Positions 63,908-64,000 of a stretch of DNA of 64,000 nucleotides are shown here, one piece after another. The notes beneath the pieces were generated by a model. That model was not told where the DNA came from. It did not search any database and was given only the letters and a program-made list of their open reading frames with translations. The stretch is from Octopus vulgaris (Eukaryota). Where the stretch lies: NCBI GenBank assembly GCA_951406725.2, contig OX597838.1:11966001-12030000 (forward strand), written 5' to 3'. Every line of letters starts with the position of its first letter. Within the stretch, counting starts at the first letter, position 1. The translations under genes were made by a program, and so were the position numbers.

Positions 63908-64000
63908 TAGCTCTGTGGTTAGGAAGGCTGCTGTACAACCACGTGGTCTCAGTTCCAGTCCACGCCATCTAGGACAAGGGTCTTCTACTATAGCCCCTTG
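63908..64000 (+). mobile_element. Degenerate SINE family B head (runs off the window)
   Basis: TGTGGTTAGGAAG...CAACCACGTGG...CAAGGGTCTTCTACTATAGCC. Confidence 0.6.

Overview
Eukaryotic, AT-rich, very microsatellite-dense genomic DNA with no confidently identifiable host gene. The SINE and microsatellite landscape is what I recognise from Octopus (cephalopod) genomes; this is an inference, not a database result. Nearly all ORFs in the supplied track are translations of simple repeats. The complex sequence is almost all mobile DNA: three tRNA-derived SINE families, CR1/L2-type and RTE-type LINE fragments, a fragment of a restriction-like-endonuclease LINE, three Tc1/mariner relics, a pogo/Tigger relic, a hAT MITE and a non-autonomous Helitron. 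The most notable signal is a set of short non-coding elements carrying minimal hammerhead-ribozyme (HHR) motifs of the kind known from Penelope-like elements (PLEs) and retrozymes. The best example is a ~640 bp fold-back insertion (1106-1748) built as tRNA-like head + (AAT)n + HHR, present as two opposed copies and flanked by a 12-bp target-site duplication (TSD). Three further HHR or HHR-like families occur, one with a shared non-canonical core and one with permuted motif order. Also noted: a SINE that joins its own family at the same internal site twice, a SINE tail shared with a probable LINE 3' UTR, and an unexplained 267-bp tandem duplication that is open on both strands. All structures were read by eye; no folding or database search was run.
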